Origin: Lama guanicoe
Taxonomy: Eukaryota
Assembly (NCBI GenBank): GCA_013239625.1
Contig: MU057346.1
Coordinates: forward strand, 6,720,431 to 6,784,430
Direction: 5' to 3'
Length of the DNA: 64,000 bases
Made by a program: the position numbers and the translations under genes. A model generated the notes under the pieces. The model worked only from the letters and a program-made list of their open reading frames with translations, ran no database searches and was not told the origin of the DNA. Position 1 is the first letter of the stretch. Every line of letters begins with the position of its first letter. Shown here piece by piece: positions 12,491 through 25,455 of the stretch.

Positions 12491-13847
12491 TTGGGTTGCT
12501 GTGGTGCTGGGCTTCCTCCCCTTGGAAGCCTGTTCATCAGGTTCATCCCCACCTAGAGACTGAGACAGGGACTGAGGAACAGGTTTTGTTTCTCCGTATA
12601 AGCTGGTCCATTAAGTATGAGCTATCTGTTGTTTGTTGAGAGTGGGTGAGTAGGAGTTGAAATCCTCAGGAGAACATGTGAATGTGTGAGTGGATATCTT
12701 GTCTCCATAGTGGTCTTTGTTTCTTGGCTGGATTGGTTCTAGCCAGGTTCCAGGCTGGATGAGCACAGATTGGTCTCTGTCGTCTCAGCATCCTGAAGAT
12801 TTTGGTTGAGTCAGATTTTTCAGACACACTATGTATTCATCCAATCTTGATTCATGTGTTAAGACTAAACATCCCCTTTTGAATGTTTTTTCTTCTTTCT
12901 ATGGAAAGTTGCCTCTAAGTCTAGAGAACTAGGTCTGGCATAGAGGCAGGACAGTCTCCTTTTGCTCCAAGTTTAATTGTAAAGAACACGTGTATCCCAC
13001 CGTCTTCACCTGGGAGCTGAGGGCAGGCTTGGGCTTGGGGTAAGTCACATTCTGATCTGAGAGATGAATCAGTCATTGCAAAATCCCTGTATGTGCTCTT
13101 GCTAGCAGGGCGGTTGCATTCTCAAGGAAAGCTTAAGGAACCAAGAATCAGTGCTGGTCTAGGGGCTGATGCTTCACTTCCCACTTTAAATACAGCACCT
13201 GTCTTGTCACATTGGCTGTTTCACAGCCCTGCCCGTGTCATTTCTTAAGAGAAACAGAGGGAGGTTTCATTAACGGGAGAGATCAGCAGTAGTTCAGTTA
13301 TAAGTTATCACTGCAGAGGGAGAGCAGCAGGGTTAGCTCCTCAAGTTGGAAATAAAAAAGATGAATGCGAAGAGGAAATGAAGTTAGTGCTTTACTGCCT
13401 GGATGCTTTGCACTGGTGCTTGAGAAGGGAGGGGAGAGCCCTTTCTAAACACAGATTGTATTCCAAAGGCAAATACTAATTTTTATCTGTGAAAGATCCA
13501 CTTGCTATGTTAAGATTCACAGGCCTCTCTCCAATGCCGTGACCCCAGGACGATCTTATTTTGTGACCCATCAAACTGGTGGCATCCCACTGGCTAACTC
13601 ACGGTAGCCACATGGAACCATAAACCTTCCCTAAAGGGTATGGGGTTCCCCGCGTGTCAAGAAGACAGAACAGTATGGCGTCACTGCAGCCAGTCTATTT
13701 CCTGTGACTGACGTGCTTATTGTGAAGTGTATCTATTCCACCTGCCCCACACATTCACTCTTTCACACTCATTAATTCAGCTGGTGATGACTCAGATCCT
13801 CCTGCCTGTCAGGTACTGTTCAAGGCACTAAGCAATGCATTTAGGGT

Positions 13848-14005
13848 ATCTCTCCCTCTTCTTAGAAGGACACCAGTCAGCCTGGATTAGGGTCCACCCC
13901 TTATGACCTCATTTCACCTTAATTACCCCTTTTAAAGTCCCCATCTCCAAATACCTTCGTATAGGGCGTTAAAACTTCAACATGTGACTTGGAGAGACAG
14001 TTTTG
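13848..14005 (-). mobile_element. MLT1A/B-like LTR fragment
   Basis: ggattagggtccaccccttatgacctcatttcaccttaattacc...ccatctccaaatac. Confidence 0.8.
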
Positions 14006-14184
14006 TCCCTGAGAGACACCTATGTTGAGGAAGATTCTGAGGCCACCTGCAGATCTACAGGAAAGAGAACCGCAGTCGTTGACTGTGTCTTTCTCAGGAA
14101 ATTGACATTCACGCCACTTGCACACTCTGCCCAGCTGAGCGGGTGTCCCCGCCTCCCTGGCTCAGATGGAATTACCCTCAAAAA

Positions 14185-14370
14185 CAGCTAACACTTTCAA
14201 GTATGTGCGATGTGCCTCCTGCTATTCAGGTAGCTTTTTTTCTTTGTGAGAACCCAGTGGGGTAGGTATTACTACTATCTTCAGTTGACAGTTGAGGGAA
14301 GTGGGGCACCGAGAGGTTAAGCAGCTCACCTGAAACAGGCTTAGTAATCGTGGAGCCTGGTCCTGGCTGA
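14185..14370 (-). mobile_element. MIR SINE
   Basis: gtaggtattactactatcttcagttgacagttgagggaagtggggcaccgagaggttaagc. Confidence 0.7.
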
Positions 14371-15201
14371 ATATATTTGAATGTAAGACTATCATACTTA
14401 CTGTCAGTGTGTATAGGAGATCTTAGCCTCAGTGGAAGTGAAGCTTTACTGGAATAAGAAACCTCTCAGACAAACACTTTATCCAATTGGCTTAGATTTA
14501 GATTTTTGGGGAAGTGTAGCATCACCATTTTAAGCATATTCTTCTTCCTTAGCTATGAAGCTTTCTCCCGTAAGGGTTTATCAGCTTCATAGAAAAGGTT
14601 TTTGTGGGACCACCTAATTCCCATCTCTGGAAATTCAGAATTCTGAAGTCCATCCACGTGTCTTCCTCTAAAATTAGGAACGTACCAAAGAGTCAAGCTT
14701 TCTACTTCAGGAAAGTGTATTGACCACTGTTTTTTTTTTCTTTTTTTCCTGCATCTGTTTGTTTTTTATTGCTGAGTTTTCGGTCTGTATCTTTGTCTAC
14801 AGCTCTGTCTTTACTGATGGTGTTTGTTTTAGATTTGTGAGCATCAAGGGAGCTGAGACAGCACACTTTAAATGGGCTTCACCATGTTGGCACAGCACTT
14901 TGTAAATAAAGGCCCAATAATTAATTCAACAAACATCTAGTGAGCAGTTGTGTGTGGAACAGTGTGCAGGGCACATGGCTGATGTTCAAGGTGTGGCAAA
15001 GAGGGCATCTCTTTTCTCAGAATTATAGTAATATTAATAGAAATGTTGGGGTAACAATATTAAGGACTACCACTTATAGAGCCCATCTCATCTGCCCGAA
15101 ACTGTGCTCCAGTTTTTACATACATTCTCTTAATTCATCTATGCTCTTGAGCAATTGTTTCCCTCAGAACACAGTCTAGCAAAATGGTGATGGATGCTCT
15201 G

Positions 15202-15755
15202 TGTGTCAGGTATCCCCCAAGACCACCGTCACTTTGAATAATTCTCTAGAAGAACCCACAGACTCGGCATGTTGTCACACTCATGGCTAGGATTTATTAC
15301 AGCGAAAGGATACTGAGCAAAATTAGCACTGGGCAGGAGCGCGGGGAGATGTGGCAAGGAAACTGGGCGTAGGCTCCCAAGGTGCCTTTCCTGGTGGAGT
15401 GGCCCAGAATGTGCTTAATTCTCTCAGGCAGGACTTGGGCCAGCACACGTGAAATGCTTGCCGGGGAAGCTCATTGCAGACTCCTTGCCTAAGGTTTTTG
15501 TTGGGGGCTGGTCACATAGGTGTCATCTGCCTGGTGTGCAGCAGGACTCCAGACTTCCAGAAAGAAAGCAGGTGGTTAGTAGAAACCATATGTTTTCGTA
15601 TGAACAGGTTGGGTACTGTTAACCAACCTTATCTGTTAGGAAAGAGTGGAAAACCCGTCCAAAATCCAAGTTCCCAGATGCCAGTCAAGGGGTAAACTTG
15701 GAAGCAGGCCTTCCTAGGGACAGCAGTCTCTGCTGTGTTAGCTCTTTTCTGCACA
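15202..15755 (-). mobile_element. Complete solo ERVL LTR (MER68/MER77/MER21 group)
   Basis: Minus strand begins TGTGCAGAAAAGAGCTAACACAGCAG and ends GGTCTTGGGGGATACCTGACACA; 554 bp; degenerate 5-bp TSD ctctg/ttttg. Confidence 0.8.
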
Positions 15756-15763
15756 TTTTGCCA

Positions 15764-15810
15764 TAGACAGACAGACAATGGATAGATAGATACAAACAGA
15801 CAGACAGACA
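15764..15810. repeat. (GACA/GATA)n compound tetranucleotide repeat
   Basis: tagacagacagacaatggatagatagatacaaacagacagacagaca. Confidence 0.8.
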
Positions 15811-17089
15811 TATCCATAACCAGGTTTGAAAAACCAGTTGATCAAAGTTAAGCCGGTTTCTTTACCTCTGGATTCTAATAGTCCAGACTCATTTGACCAG
15901 GGATATCTCCCTTCGTCTCCCAACAGAGCAGCTTAGAAGACTTTTGCTTTATAGGAAATGACTTCAAGAAGTTTTTTGGTGAGAAGATGACATTGGTCTC
16001 ATTAGGGTCAAACACTGGAGAAATTCCACTGCAGGAGAAGTCACTTTAAAATGTATGATTTATCTTTTACTTTACACTTCAGCACTGACAGATGATTGTT
16101 GACCTAAGTATCATCTCAGATGTTGCTCAGAAGTACCAAGAGAGAAGGGCTGAGGCTGAGCTGGCCTCCTTGAGATGTAAAATCTGAGAAATCCACTTAA
16201 GACTTAGAATTATTAGCTGTGGTCTTTACAGATTTATCAAGGGGTCACCTGTTAATTAAATAATTATCTTTTTCATTTGAAATTAAATTCAGATTGTTTT
16301 CCTATGCAAGGGACTTTAACCAGGGTTAGATCTGGAGCTATGAAATGCAATTTAAACATATTTTCAGCATACTGAAAACCTAACCTAATTGTTTTCTTCT
16401 ATCACTGAGAAGTTTTTTGCCTAAAACCCAAATTAGTTCTTATTTATTGTTACAATCAAGATTTGAGAATAGGCTTTTATTCAGTTAAGTATCTGGACTA
16501 GAATTTATTCATTCTCCAGATGCATTAGTTTTGGAATCATTGAGAAGACAGGAACCCAGTTTCCACTAACATTTCCAAGAGGGATCTTTAAATGTTCACC
16601 TGTGGGAAAAATTTTATGTGAAATCTTGAAAAAGACGTAGTATTTTTCTGTTAGTAAATTATTGTTTTTCCCCTGTCAGAGTGGTGTACGATTATTTTAT
16701 TCCTTGACTTCTGCTTCCATCTGCATTTGCAAACTTCACGATACTCATCTCCTCATCAGGGCCTCATGCTGATTGATTTACTGATTTTCCCCAATGATGC
16801 TCTGCAATCTATCAGTCCTACCTGTAGCCTGGAGTGTTTCTTCATCTCCTCACTTCTCCATGGTTCATTCATCTCCATTTGTCTTTGTTTTTCTTCTAGG
16901 TAATCTACTTTAAGAAGCAATCACTAAATCCTGTTGGAGTGATCTATAAAATATTTCTTCCTGGGTTCCATCCTGAGCATTACTTTCTCAGTTCTAACTG
17001 TCATTTTCACCTGAACAGGTGAGACTCTTCCCTTTGGCTTTTAAGCACTGGTCTGTTCTCCTCCCCAGTGTTCCTGCCAGAGGCTTAAC

Positions 17090-17285
17090 ACTAGATCTGG
17101 TCCTTTCCTTGCTTAAGCTATCAGCACTTCTCTGCTAACTTCAGGATAAGTCCAAGTGGGACACAGACCCTTGGCCATGTGTTTCCTTCTTCAGTTCTCC
17201 TTCCAGTGGTGCTTCTGCTCTGCCATACTGAACTGCTCATCATTTCCTTAATGCACCTTGCTGCCTCAGTGCCTTTGCACATCCA
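17090..17285 (+). mobile_element. L2 fragment
   Basis: cttcaggataagtccaa...gccatactgaactgctc...gcctcagtgcctttgcacat. Confidence 0.6.
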
Positions 17286-18339
17286 TATCTAATGGGTTGC
17301 TGGGATGGCTTCTGCAACATGGGTGATGACTGACGTGAACCAGGAAGGACATCTGATTTGATTTGGGGGAGGGGTGAAAATGGATGCAGGAATGTTTAGG
17401 TCTTTAGCTCTAGGCAAAGGGATCCTGTGGACTTTAGGATTAGAGATCATTCGATCTATGCCATCCCAGGAAAGAGAGGAGAAACAATTCACAGACTTGA
17501 TTTTAAGGAAAGGACAGATGGGGTCTGGCAGGTCCTTTAATTTAAGCCCACAGGAAGGTGGCAGCGTGGGACAGAAACTGGCGATATATTCTGTACCTGG
17601 TATCATTTACTTGGACACTTGGATAGGATATGCTTCCAGAGGAGGATCTCAGTGGCTGAGTTGCAAAGAGCTGGGAGTGTTACAGGGTTTGATGAGGGCT
17701 CAGGCTTGTATGGGCTTCAGTAGGGCACACACTGCACTCTTGTATCAGGACCTAGCGCCTCTCCTTCCTGCTTCATTCTGGACGTCTTGAGAATACAGTC
17801 CACTCTATCCTCACTTTTGTTTTTTAAAAAATGACCACAGTGGCACACTACCTATAAAACATGTGTTAAACACGTATGTTATTGAGATCTGGATATCACC
17901 CCCACCACCACCCTGCATTAAATCACCTATAAATACTTGCGTTATTGTTTCTTTTCCTCTGGGGTTACTTTTGGATTTCCCATGAAGCCTAAGAAAAAGA
18001 TAAGAAGTTATTATCTATACCATTTTTAACTATTGGGTTTATTTTAAATTTAATCTTAGAGACAGGAATCAGCTTTCCTCATTCATCATGTTCATTCCAC
18101 CTGTAATTCTAAATCCTTTCAATGGACAAACCAAACAGTGCTCCAATATCAAATCCAGAAATCAAGCCTAAATACACCCCATGAATATCAGCTAGTGAGT
18201 TACAGCAAATAATAAAACACGCTTCCAAAGGACAGATGCTTCTTAAGGAGACCTGCTGCTCTTTAAATGTCACCCACGGATTAGGGTCCTTTGTTCTGCT
18301 CTGTCTCTACAGCTCTGTTTAATAAGTCCAGGGGACACC

Positions 18340-18798
18340 AGGCTGTTGGGCAGGGGACTAGAAAAGGGGGGGTGGGGAGAAGGCAAGATGAAGCCATAGG
18401 GGAAGGTTGATGTTTTCTCATTTCTGAGGGCTCTTCCTGATCAGGGGGTGCTGAGGAGATGGGGGGTGAGCACTGTGAGAATCCACAGGCTTTGTTCGAC
18501 TCACAGCCTCAGACTGCTGCCATCAGCGGGGCCAAGGGGAGGGCGTGCTCCAGGAAGGGAGAGAACAGTGTCGGTGTGTTTGTGTGTGGGTGAGAAGGAG
18601 CGAGAACAGAGAAAAATTAAAATCCCAGACTCCGGGACCGCGTTCTTCAGGAGTGGGTGTGTTTTTGCTGCTGTCCGCAGCCTTTCCTAAGCTTGTGGGA
18701 GCTTATCAGAGACTTCACCGAGATCCGCAGCACCAAATCAGCGACAGGAAGTACTAAAAATTACTTCACAGGGCTAAGAACTTAAAATGAAAGTAAGC
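18340..18798 (+). promoter_or_regulatory. Putative promoter plus first (or 5' UTR) exon ending ATG AAA | GTAAGC
   Basis: Repeat-free, locally CpG-enriched; GGGGTGGGG and GGGCGTG KLF/SP boxes, CTTATC (GATA), ACAGGAAGTA (ETS); no ATG from 18462 to 18786; ATG at 18787 with A at -3; donor GTAAGC at 18793-18798. Confidence 0.45.
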
Positions 18799-19527
18799 CT
18801 AAGGAATCATCAGTAGGTTGGTAGATGAAGAGAATTCTCTCACAATGTAGCAAGTCTCTTTTCTCTCCTGCTCTTCAACATTAACTTTCCCGTTCCCTTT
18901 CCGTCTCCTGGAACTTTTCCCAAAAGCACTCAGGAACTTCTCTGCTTCTCATCTTAAACAGACCTTCCCCCAAGTTTCTTCCTTTTCCGTTTTTCTATTT
19001 CTGGCCCTTCCAGTCTTAACCAAACCCAAAGCTTCACCCTTTGCTCTATGCAGGGAAGTCCCCTGCCCAGCCCAGAACTCCTACCATCCCGTGTTGCCAC
19101 CTGCCACATGTATCAGCTCCAAGTTATCTTTTGCCATCTTGCCCTTCCTGTTTTCCCAAGCTGAACTCAACATCCTTGTGTCTAATTCTAGCAAAGAATC
19201 TGCTAATGTCTTTCATTTTTTAAGTTCACTGTCTCTCTCACCCCATTTCTTTGTCCTGAAGGACTGGACTGGAAATCATGGTCTCTGTCTGACCCTTAGG
19301 AATCATTTTGAGTTGGGGAAAAGTACACTTCCAAGTCCAGGGTACTCAGGGGTATCCCCCAGAGCTTTATTCCTAACACACAATTGTTGTGTGCCTGGAC
19401 CTTAACCTTAGTCTTCCCTGAGTCATTGCCAACACTCAACTCTCTTTAGCAAGTTACATGTCATACAGAACCTGTTTTTGAAATACATCGACCAGACCAA
19501 GTAGAGGATATTGTGTCCTTTAACCAA

Positions 19528-19727
19528 GGGACGATGTGCTAGAGCCAGCTCATCCACTCTCCTGCGATGCTTGTTGGAATCTCTTTCCAATTCCACATTC
19601 AGTGTTTATAGCTTGACATCAGTCACGACAGGAGAGTTTACACCCTGGAAATGGGCAGGTGCTGCAAGCCAAGGCTTTTTCACTTTTCCAGAAAGCTGGT
19701 GGTTAATCATTTACCTGCATACCCCTG
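19528..19727. mobile_element. MER63A-like (hAT-Blackjack)
   Basis: tgtgctagagccagctc...tttacaccctggaaatgggca...ggttaatcatttacctgcatac. Confidence 0.7.
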
Positions 19728-21029
19728 CCCCTACCAGACTTACCAAACAGAACTTAACCTTGTTAGAGGTTAGCCACAAAAAGAGTTCATGAGACGTCCA
19801 GGGTTCTGTTTGGATGAAGAGTTCCCAGTAAAAAACTCCATATCTGTCCAACTGAATAAGATTTTAAAATCCAAGTTTCTTTCTATAAATGTTTAGCTAA
19901 CAACCCCTGTCCCCCAAAATAGCACTGTCATTGACCAACCAAATAGTTGTTTCTGCGCAACAGGAACAACAGACACGAGAGAACGAATAACTCAAGATAC
20001 CTGAGGTGGTTAGCAGCAAACCCTTTAGCTAAATGGCTGTACTCATGGGGCGTGAGAGTGATAGTGATTGTAACTTATCACCGCCTTTAAGATATAATGC
20101 TTTTGGTCTAGGTTAGGTTTCCTAGAACTGTAAATCTGAAGAAATATTAGGAGGAGAGTCAACTGCCTCTGGGGTCTTATCTGAAAGGGCAGGCCTCTGA
20201 GATCTGGATGGATGGGCTGCACGCCAGAGACCCTGTCTCCCCGCCTTGGTAACACTGCTGGATAGCAGCTGGAGGCTTGGTTCCTTCTGAGGAGCAGGCG
20301 TGTTCTGTGGGAGATGAGGGCACCGTGTGAAGTCACCTGGCTGGGACATCAGAGCTGAGGCTGCCTGGAGGGAGGCACATACCTAGAAAGCCATCTGCCC
20401 AGCCCAGCGGAGCTTTGTGAGCATTTAACGTGCAGACCCAAAGGGTGTGCCTCTTTCTAGTCCCCAGGAAGCTGCTCCAAGGCTGGTGCCCCTGCGTAGA
20501 CTGATCCGTGGGTGGGAGGGGAGGGTTAAGTTCTGTTGTTATCCCAGGCTTAACAATTTCCCCCGTCCATCTTTACACTCCTGTGCCAAGCACCATATGA
20601 GCTAGCATCCTTACGCCAAGTATACTTTCATTTTAGGATATGAGTGGCGTTTTTAGAATTTGAAGAGAAAGTTTTAATTTCTCCTGATGTGTTTGCTCTA
20701 CCTTTAGGCAAGTATTTATTAGGATTTTATGGTTAATATAATAATGGCCATAACTTCCTAATGAATGCAAATGGAGAAATAAGATTTTATTAAGCAAGAA
20801 TGATCATCTTAACACCATTATAAAGTTGTGTTTATGGAAAACATTTTAGGAGTACACCTGTTCTTAAAAGCGAATCTTACCCTCCTTTCTTGTGCTGAGG
20901 ACTCTTGGAGACTTACACTGAGCCACCTCTGGTGTGACGAGCAGTTGTGTGAGGTAATGAGTGGTGAACGCTGGCATCTCAGCTGCCCTGGGAAGTTAAA
21001 CGCAGCACATTGTCTGAGGCACACCCGGT

Positions 21030-21220
21030 GTTGGGGGCGATGACCCCCACCCCCAGGGGTCATTTGGCAACATCTAGAGATGTTTTTGATTGTCCTGAAT
21101 ACAGAAGGAAGTGCTACTAGCATCTAATGCACAGGTTCACCAGTCCCCAATGTGGGGGACAGGACAGCCCCCACCAGAAAGAATTAACTTGTCCCAAATG
21201 TCAGCAGTGTAAGAAGTCCA
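21030..21220. mobile_element. MER20
   Basis: ccaggggtcatttggcaacatctagagatgtttttgattgtc...caggacagccccca...cccaaatgtcagcagtg. Confidence 0.85.
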
Positions 21221-22569
21221 TAGGGTAAGAGGTCAAGTCTTATAAAGTCAAGTCCCGAGTTAAGATAATACACTCAGGTGTCACAGGGACTTGTTTCCAT
21301 ATCCCAAATTCCAAGACCTCAACTGTTTGAACTTCTACATCCTGGTTTTTAAACCAAGCAGTGAGACTCAGGAATCCCTTTGATAAAGTGCCTCATGTTC
21401 TCCACCACCATCACTGTCAGCCATTTACATCATTCACTGGCCACGTTTCTCCTTTTCACTTTAGCCAACAAGATGCACGGGGTCAAGCTTGTGGTTCAAG
21501 CATAACAGCTACATCTGTGGACGGCCTATCGTGTGCATTTCTCTTTGATCCTTCTTCTCATCTATTTGTAATTCCACATTAATTGCGTTTAGATGTGCAG
21601 GCTCCCTCGAATCCAGTGTGGATTCACGTGCGGTATAAATAAATTTTTTAAAAACCCAAACCTTGAATCTGTTCAATAATTCTCCAGGATTTTGCTTAGC
21701 TTTTTTTGTGCTTCTTCCAATTTGAGACCCACAATAAAAGTGCATCACCTAGCTTCTCTTACTGGCTGACTGTAACTATAAAAATAACTGATTCCCATAC
21801 CAAGTCTAACAGGATCAATTAAATTCCCTGTAAAAATGTCTCTAGTAGGGGGAAATGCTGGGTGAGATGCTAAAATTCATGTGTCCAAAAGCAAGAGGCC
21901 AGCTCTTTCTTGTTTTTCTGCAGCTGATCAAAGTGCTCCTTGAGCTCCTTGTAGCTTCTTTTTGCCCAAGGTGTCTGTGACAGATGGCTTAGGAAGCAGC
22001 AGGAATGCACAGAACCTCTTTTTAATAAAAACTGCTAACTATAAAGGAAATTGACTATTGAAGAGATTGAGTATTCAGTCACTGAAAACTGTGTCAAGTC
22101 AGGGCACATTACGACTTTCTCAGCGTGGGCTGTGTGGCCATGACGGCGGGCTTTGAAATTAAAAAGAGAAGTGGAGACATGCCCCCAAAGGCCAGCCCCC
22201 TCCCCTTTCTCCAGCTTTAAACTAGGGTCAGTTGCAAGATGCCTATTTTTATTTGCATCGGAACATTAGGACTGCGTGCAGAAGATGGCTTCCTCACAGA
22301 TAAAGACAATTAAGCCTCTTAAACGTTGGGAAATGTCTCCCCAAGCATATTCAGATATCAGGCTTTTACTCCACTTGAGAAAGTCCCTGCCATCCTGCCC
22401 GGCTTGGCCCGTCCTGAGAGGGCTGTGCTGGCCCAGATGTCTGCGCCTCATTTAACCCTTGAGAGGCCCCTTGCTGGACTCATTGCTTCCCTGGTCCAGT
22501 AGCAGGATGAATTCAGCAACCTGGGACAACTTTGGTTGTGATATTTGTGATACTTGTAATGGAGTGGCA

Positions 22570-22760
22570 CCCTGGTGTAGTCAGGGCTGGGTTCAAAGTC
22601 CAACTCTGCTTCTTCCCGACTAAGCAAGCTGTGTAGCTTTATCTGTAAAATAAGAATATTGGCTCCTAATTCATAAGGTTCATCTAAAGGTTACAGGAGA
22701 CAATGTTGGTAAAGCACTTTATGGTAAAATCTACTAATATGCTAGATGCGTGGTAGGAAT
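22570..22760 (+). mobile_element. MIR SINE
   Basis: gggttcaaagtccaactctgc...atctgtaaaataagaatatt...gtaaagcactt. Confidence 0.65.
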
Positions 22761-23169
22761 CAGAAAGGGGAAGTTGACAGCCTAAGTATGGTCAAACCTA
22801 GGAGAATTTGACGTAGACTCAACCTCATAGGGCTGTTAAGGATAAATTGCTCATTGTAAGTACAATTGTATTTTTAAAAATTCTAAGTATTTATGAGGAA
22901 CTGATGCTCTGAGATTCAGAACCCATTGTGCCTTCATCTTAAGTATTGCCAACTCGGAGCGCTTCGAGGCCACAAGGACATTCAGGATAATCTTTCAAAA
23001 CATTACAAATATTGCGAGGCACCTGCAATGGAGGGGATGTGATCCCTGCCCACAAGCAGTCCCCAGCCCCTCCCGAGCCCCTCAGAGGTCTGCAGCCTGG
23101 CCGTGCCCTCGGGAAGCTGTGATGGGCCCTGATGTGTCTCATACTCCCTAACTTTCCCTCTCTCCTACA

Positions 23170-23530
23170 AATGCGTATTGCTCACCCGTTGTATCTCTTG
23201 GGGCCTGTATGCTCTGTGTTGTGGGGCAAAGGTGGTTGTCCTTGGAGCTCATTATCTGGTAAGGAAGCAAACATTGAACAAGTAAGATTAAGTGATGAGT
23301 CTCTGAAGGAAAATACAGGACACCATAGGAACACAGAATGGGAGGTCTTAACCAAGTCTGGGGATGGAAGAAGGCTTTTCTGAAGAAATGATGTCCAATC
23401 CCTCTTGCCTGAGGGTGAGCAGGAATGAGCCACACAAAAAAGGGCTGAGTCATGGACAAAGGGACAGAATGTGCAAAGCCTCCAAGGGGGGAAGTGATGG
23501 CGCGTTCGACAGATTGAAAGAAGCCCCTTG
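23170..23530 (-). mobile_element. L2 3' region
   Basis: gtccttggagctcattatctggt...ggaagaaggcttttctgaagaaatgatg...gacagaatgtgcaaagcc. Confidence 0.65.
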
Positions 23531-23867
23531 CAGCTGCAGCTTCAGTAGAATTCATCTGTATTTCCTGTTTTTGTTTACTAAAAGTGAAATGGTAAGATAA
23601 GAAATATAAGGAGCATTGAAGTTGATCCAAAAAGCAAAGGTTCAAGGATGCTGGTCTCTCCCTTCCCCACCCCCTTCTGCTTTTAGGTTCAATTCATTGC
23701 CTCCATCGGTCCCAGTTCTTTGGTACTGGGTCCATGATGTAAGAAGTTTACAAAACTTCTTCTGTCAGGGAAGGTATCTCCCTGAGTCTCTTAGGAAGAT
23801 GAACCCCCAGTGGGTGGGGCCACACACCAGCAAAGGCTGATTATCTTAAAGATTTATTATTGCTTTA

Positions 23868-24168
23868 CTCTTTTCTTTAAATATTTGTTTATTTATTTTC
23901 TTATTGATGTACAATCAATTACAATGTGTTTCTGGTGTACAGCACAGCACAATGTCCCAGTCTTGCATATACATACATATGTTCATTTTCATATTTTTCC
24001 ATTAAAGGTTAAGATATTGAACATAGATATAAGATATTGAACATACTTCCCTATGCTACACAAAAGAAACTTTTTCCAATCTATTTTTATATATAGTGGC
24101 TAACAATTGTAAATCTCAAACTCCCAAACTTATCCCCTCCCACCCCTGTTCCCTGGTAACCATAAGAT
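23868..24168 (-). mobile_element. 5'-truncated L1 3' UTR (same subfamily as 6512-6810)
   Basis: T-rich tail, then ctggtgtacagcac...aatgtcccagtc...aaatctcaaactcccaaacttatccc...ggtaaccataag. Confidence 0.9.
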
Positions 24169-25264
24169 TAAATGTGTGAGATGATAGATGAAACCAAGCA
24201 CCTTTATAACCGAGCACAAACTGGTGGTGGTTTGTGGGATATTTTTTATTTAGGCCACGAATTATACTAATATTGTTCATTAAGATGAATGAAAGCGTTG
24301 ATTTGGCTGAAAAGCATAGCTCTCCAGAGGCATGTCAAAGTCTGACTATTAAAAAAAAATTTCTACTGCTAATATTTTCAGCTGAAGTAGCCAAAAAAGG
24401 TGTATCATATTTAAAATTGCAACACCCTACTGAGAATGGCCCTCTTTAACAGCCCTGTTTCCTGATTATTAAGATGAACCTTCTTAATGTACCCAATAAA
24501 AATTAGACTCAAAGATGCCTACCAGCTTTAGTGGCTGCAATTGGAAAAATACGCCAGCGAAGCCCAAAAGCTGAAAGTAGTGTGGTCACTGCAGATCAGG
24601 ATGAGAGAAGGGCAGCCTGTGAAAGATGAGGGGCAGTGGTCTGCCTGCTGCATGGCTTTCTGGAGTTGCATGGAGACCACTGGCATGTCTCAGATGTGAC
24701 CAACACATAGGTGCCAGGGACAATTAACAGAGCCAGGGTGGCAAAGCCATTAACTCAAGAAGAGAATCTGCCATTCGGAGACGTTAATTTAACATGACAC
24801 CAACAGGGGTGTTTATATGTGCTCATCGTGGTGTCAGACATTCTGCTCTAATGGAGTTAATTAAAAGTTAATGGCATAGAGCGCATCACCAAGATGCTGT
24901 AAACGACAGGCACGTGACCAGTCCTCATACCCTCTTGTTTGAATGCATCTTTCACTCACTGTCAAATTCCACTTCTGAAAGATTCATTCCACCATCACTG
25001 CCTCTCCCTCTCCCTTTGAAGAGGGTGAGTGCTGTTCCATTTGATACATAGACAAAGGGAACCGGGAAAGATAAAAGGAAGCTTGTGTGCTCTGTCGTAA
25101 TATCGCCCTTAATTGCCAGCCGTGTACTTGAGCGTGTAGATCAGAAGAGGGGTGCTCCTGTTACAGCTGTGGTGGGACAGGGAGGGGGGTCCCTGCTGGA
25201 GGCGGCATGAAGGTGACGAGAGGGGACAGTGCTCAGAGGACGAGGTTTCAGTCAGGTTGGTGCA

Positions 25265-25455
25265 GATCTTACGAGGTGGGAAAGCCACGTAGCCTCTCTG
25301 AGCTTCCTTTTGTCATCTGTGAAAGGGAGATGAGAAGAGGGTCCAGTATCCACGTCATCGGATGCTCCGCCCAGTGAAATGGGAGAATCTCTCTCAAGCC
25401 CTTGACACAGTGTTGGGCATGAGTGCGTCTTCGGTAAAGGCTGGATGCTGCTGAT
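25265..25455 (+). mobile_element. MIR SINE
   Basis: cctctctgagcttcc...catctgtgaaagggagatgag...aagcccttgacacagtgttgggca. Confidence 0.65.

Noticed and set aside
23148-23645. Longest ORFs (165 aa here and at 59669-60166)
   Set aside because: They overlap decayed L2-like sequence, have no recognisable protein motif and lack convincing splice or start context.
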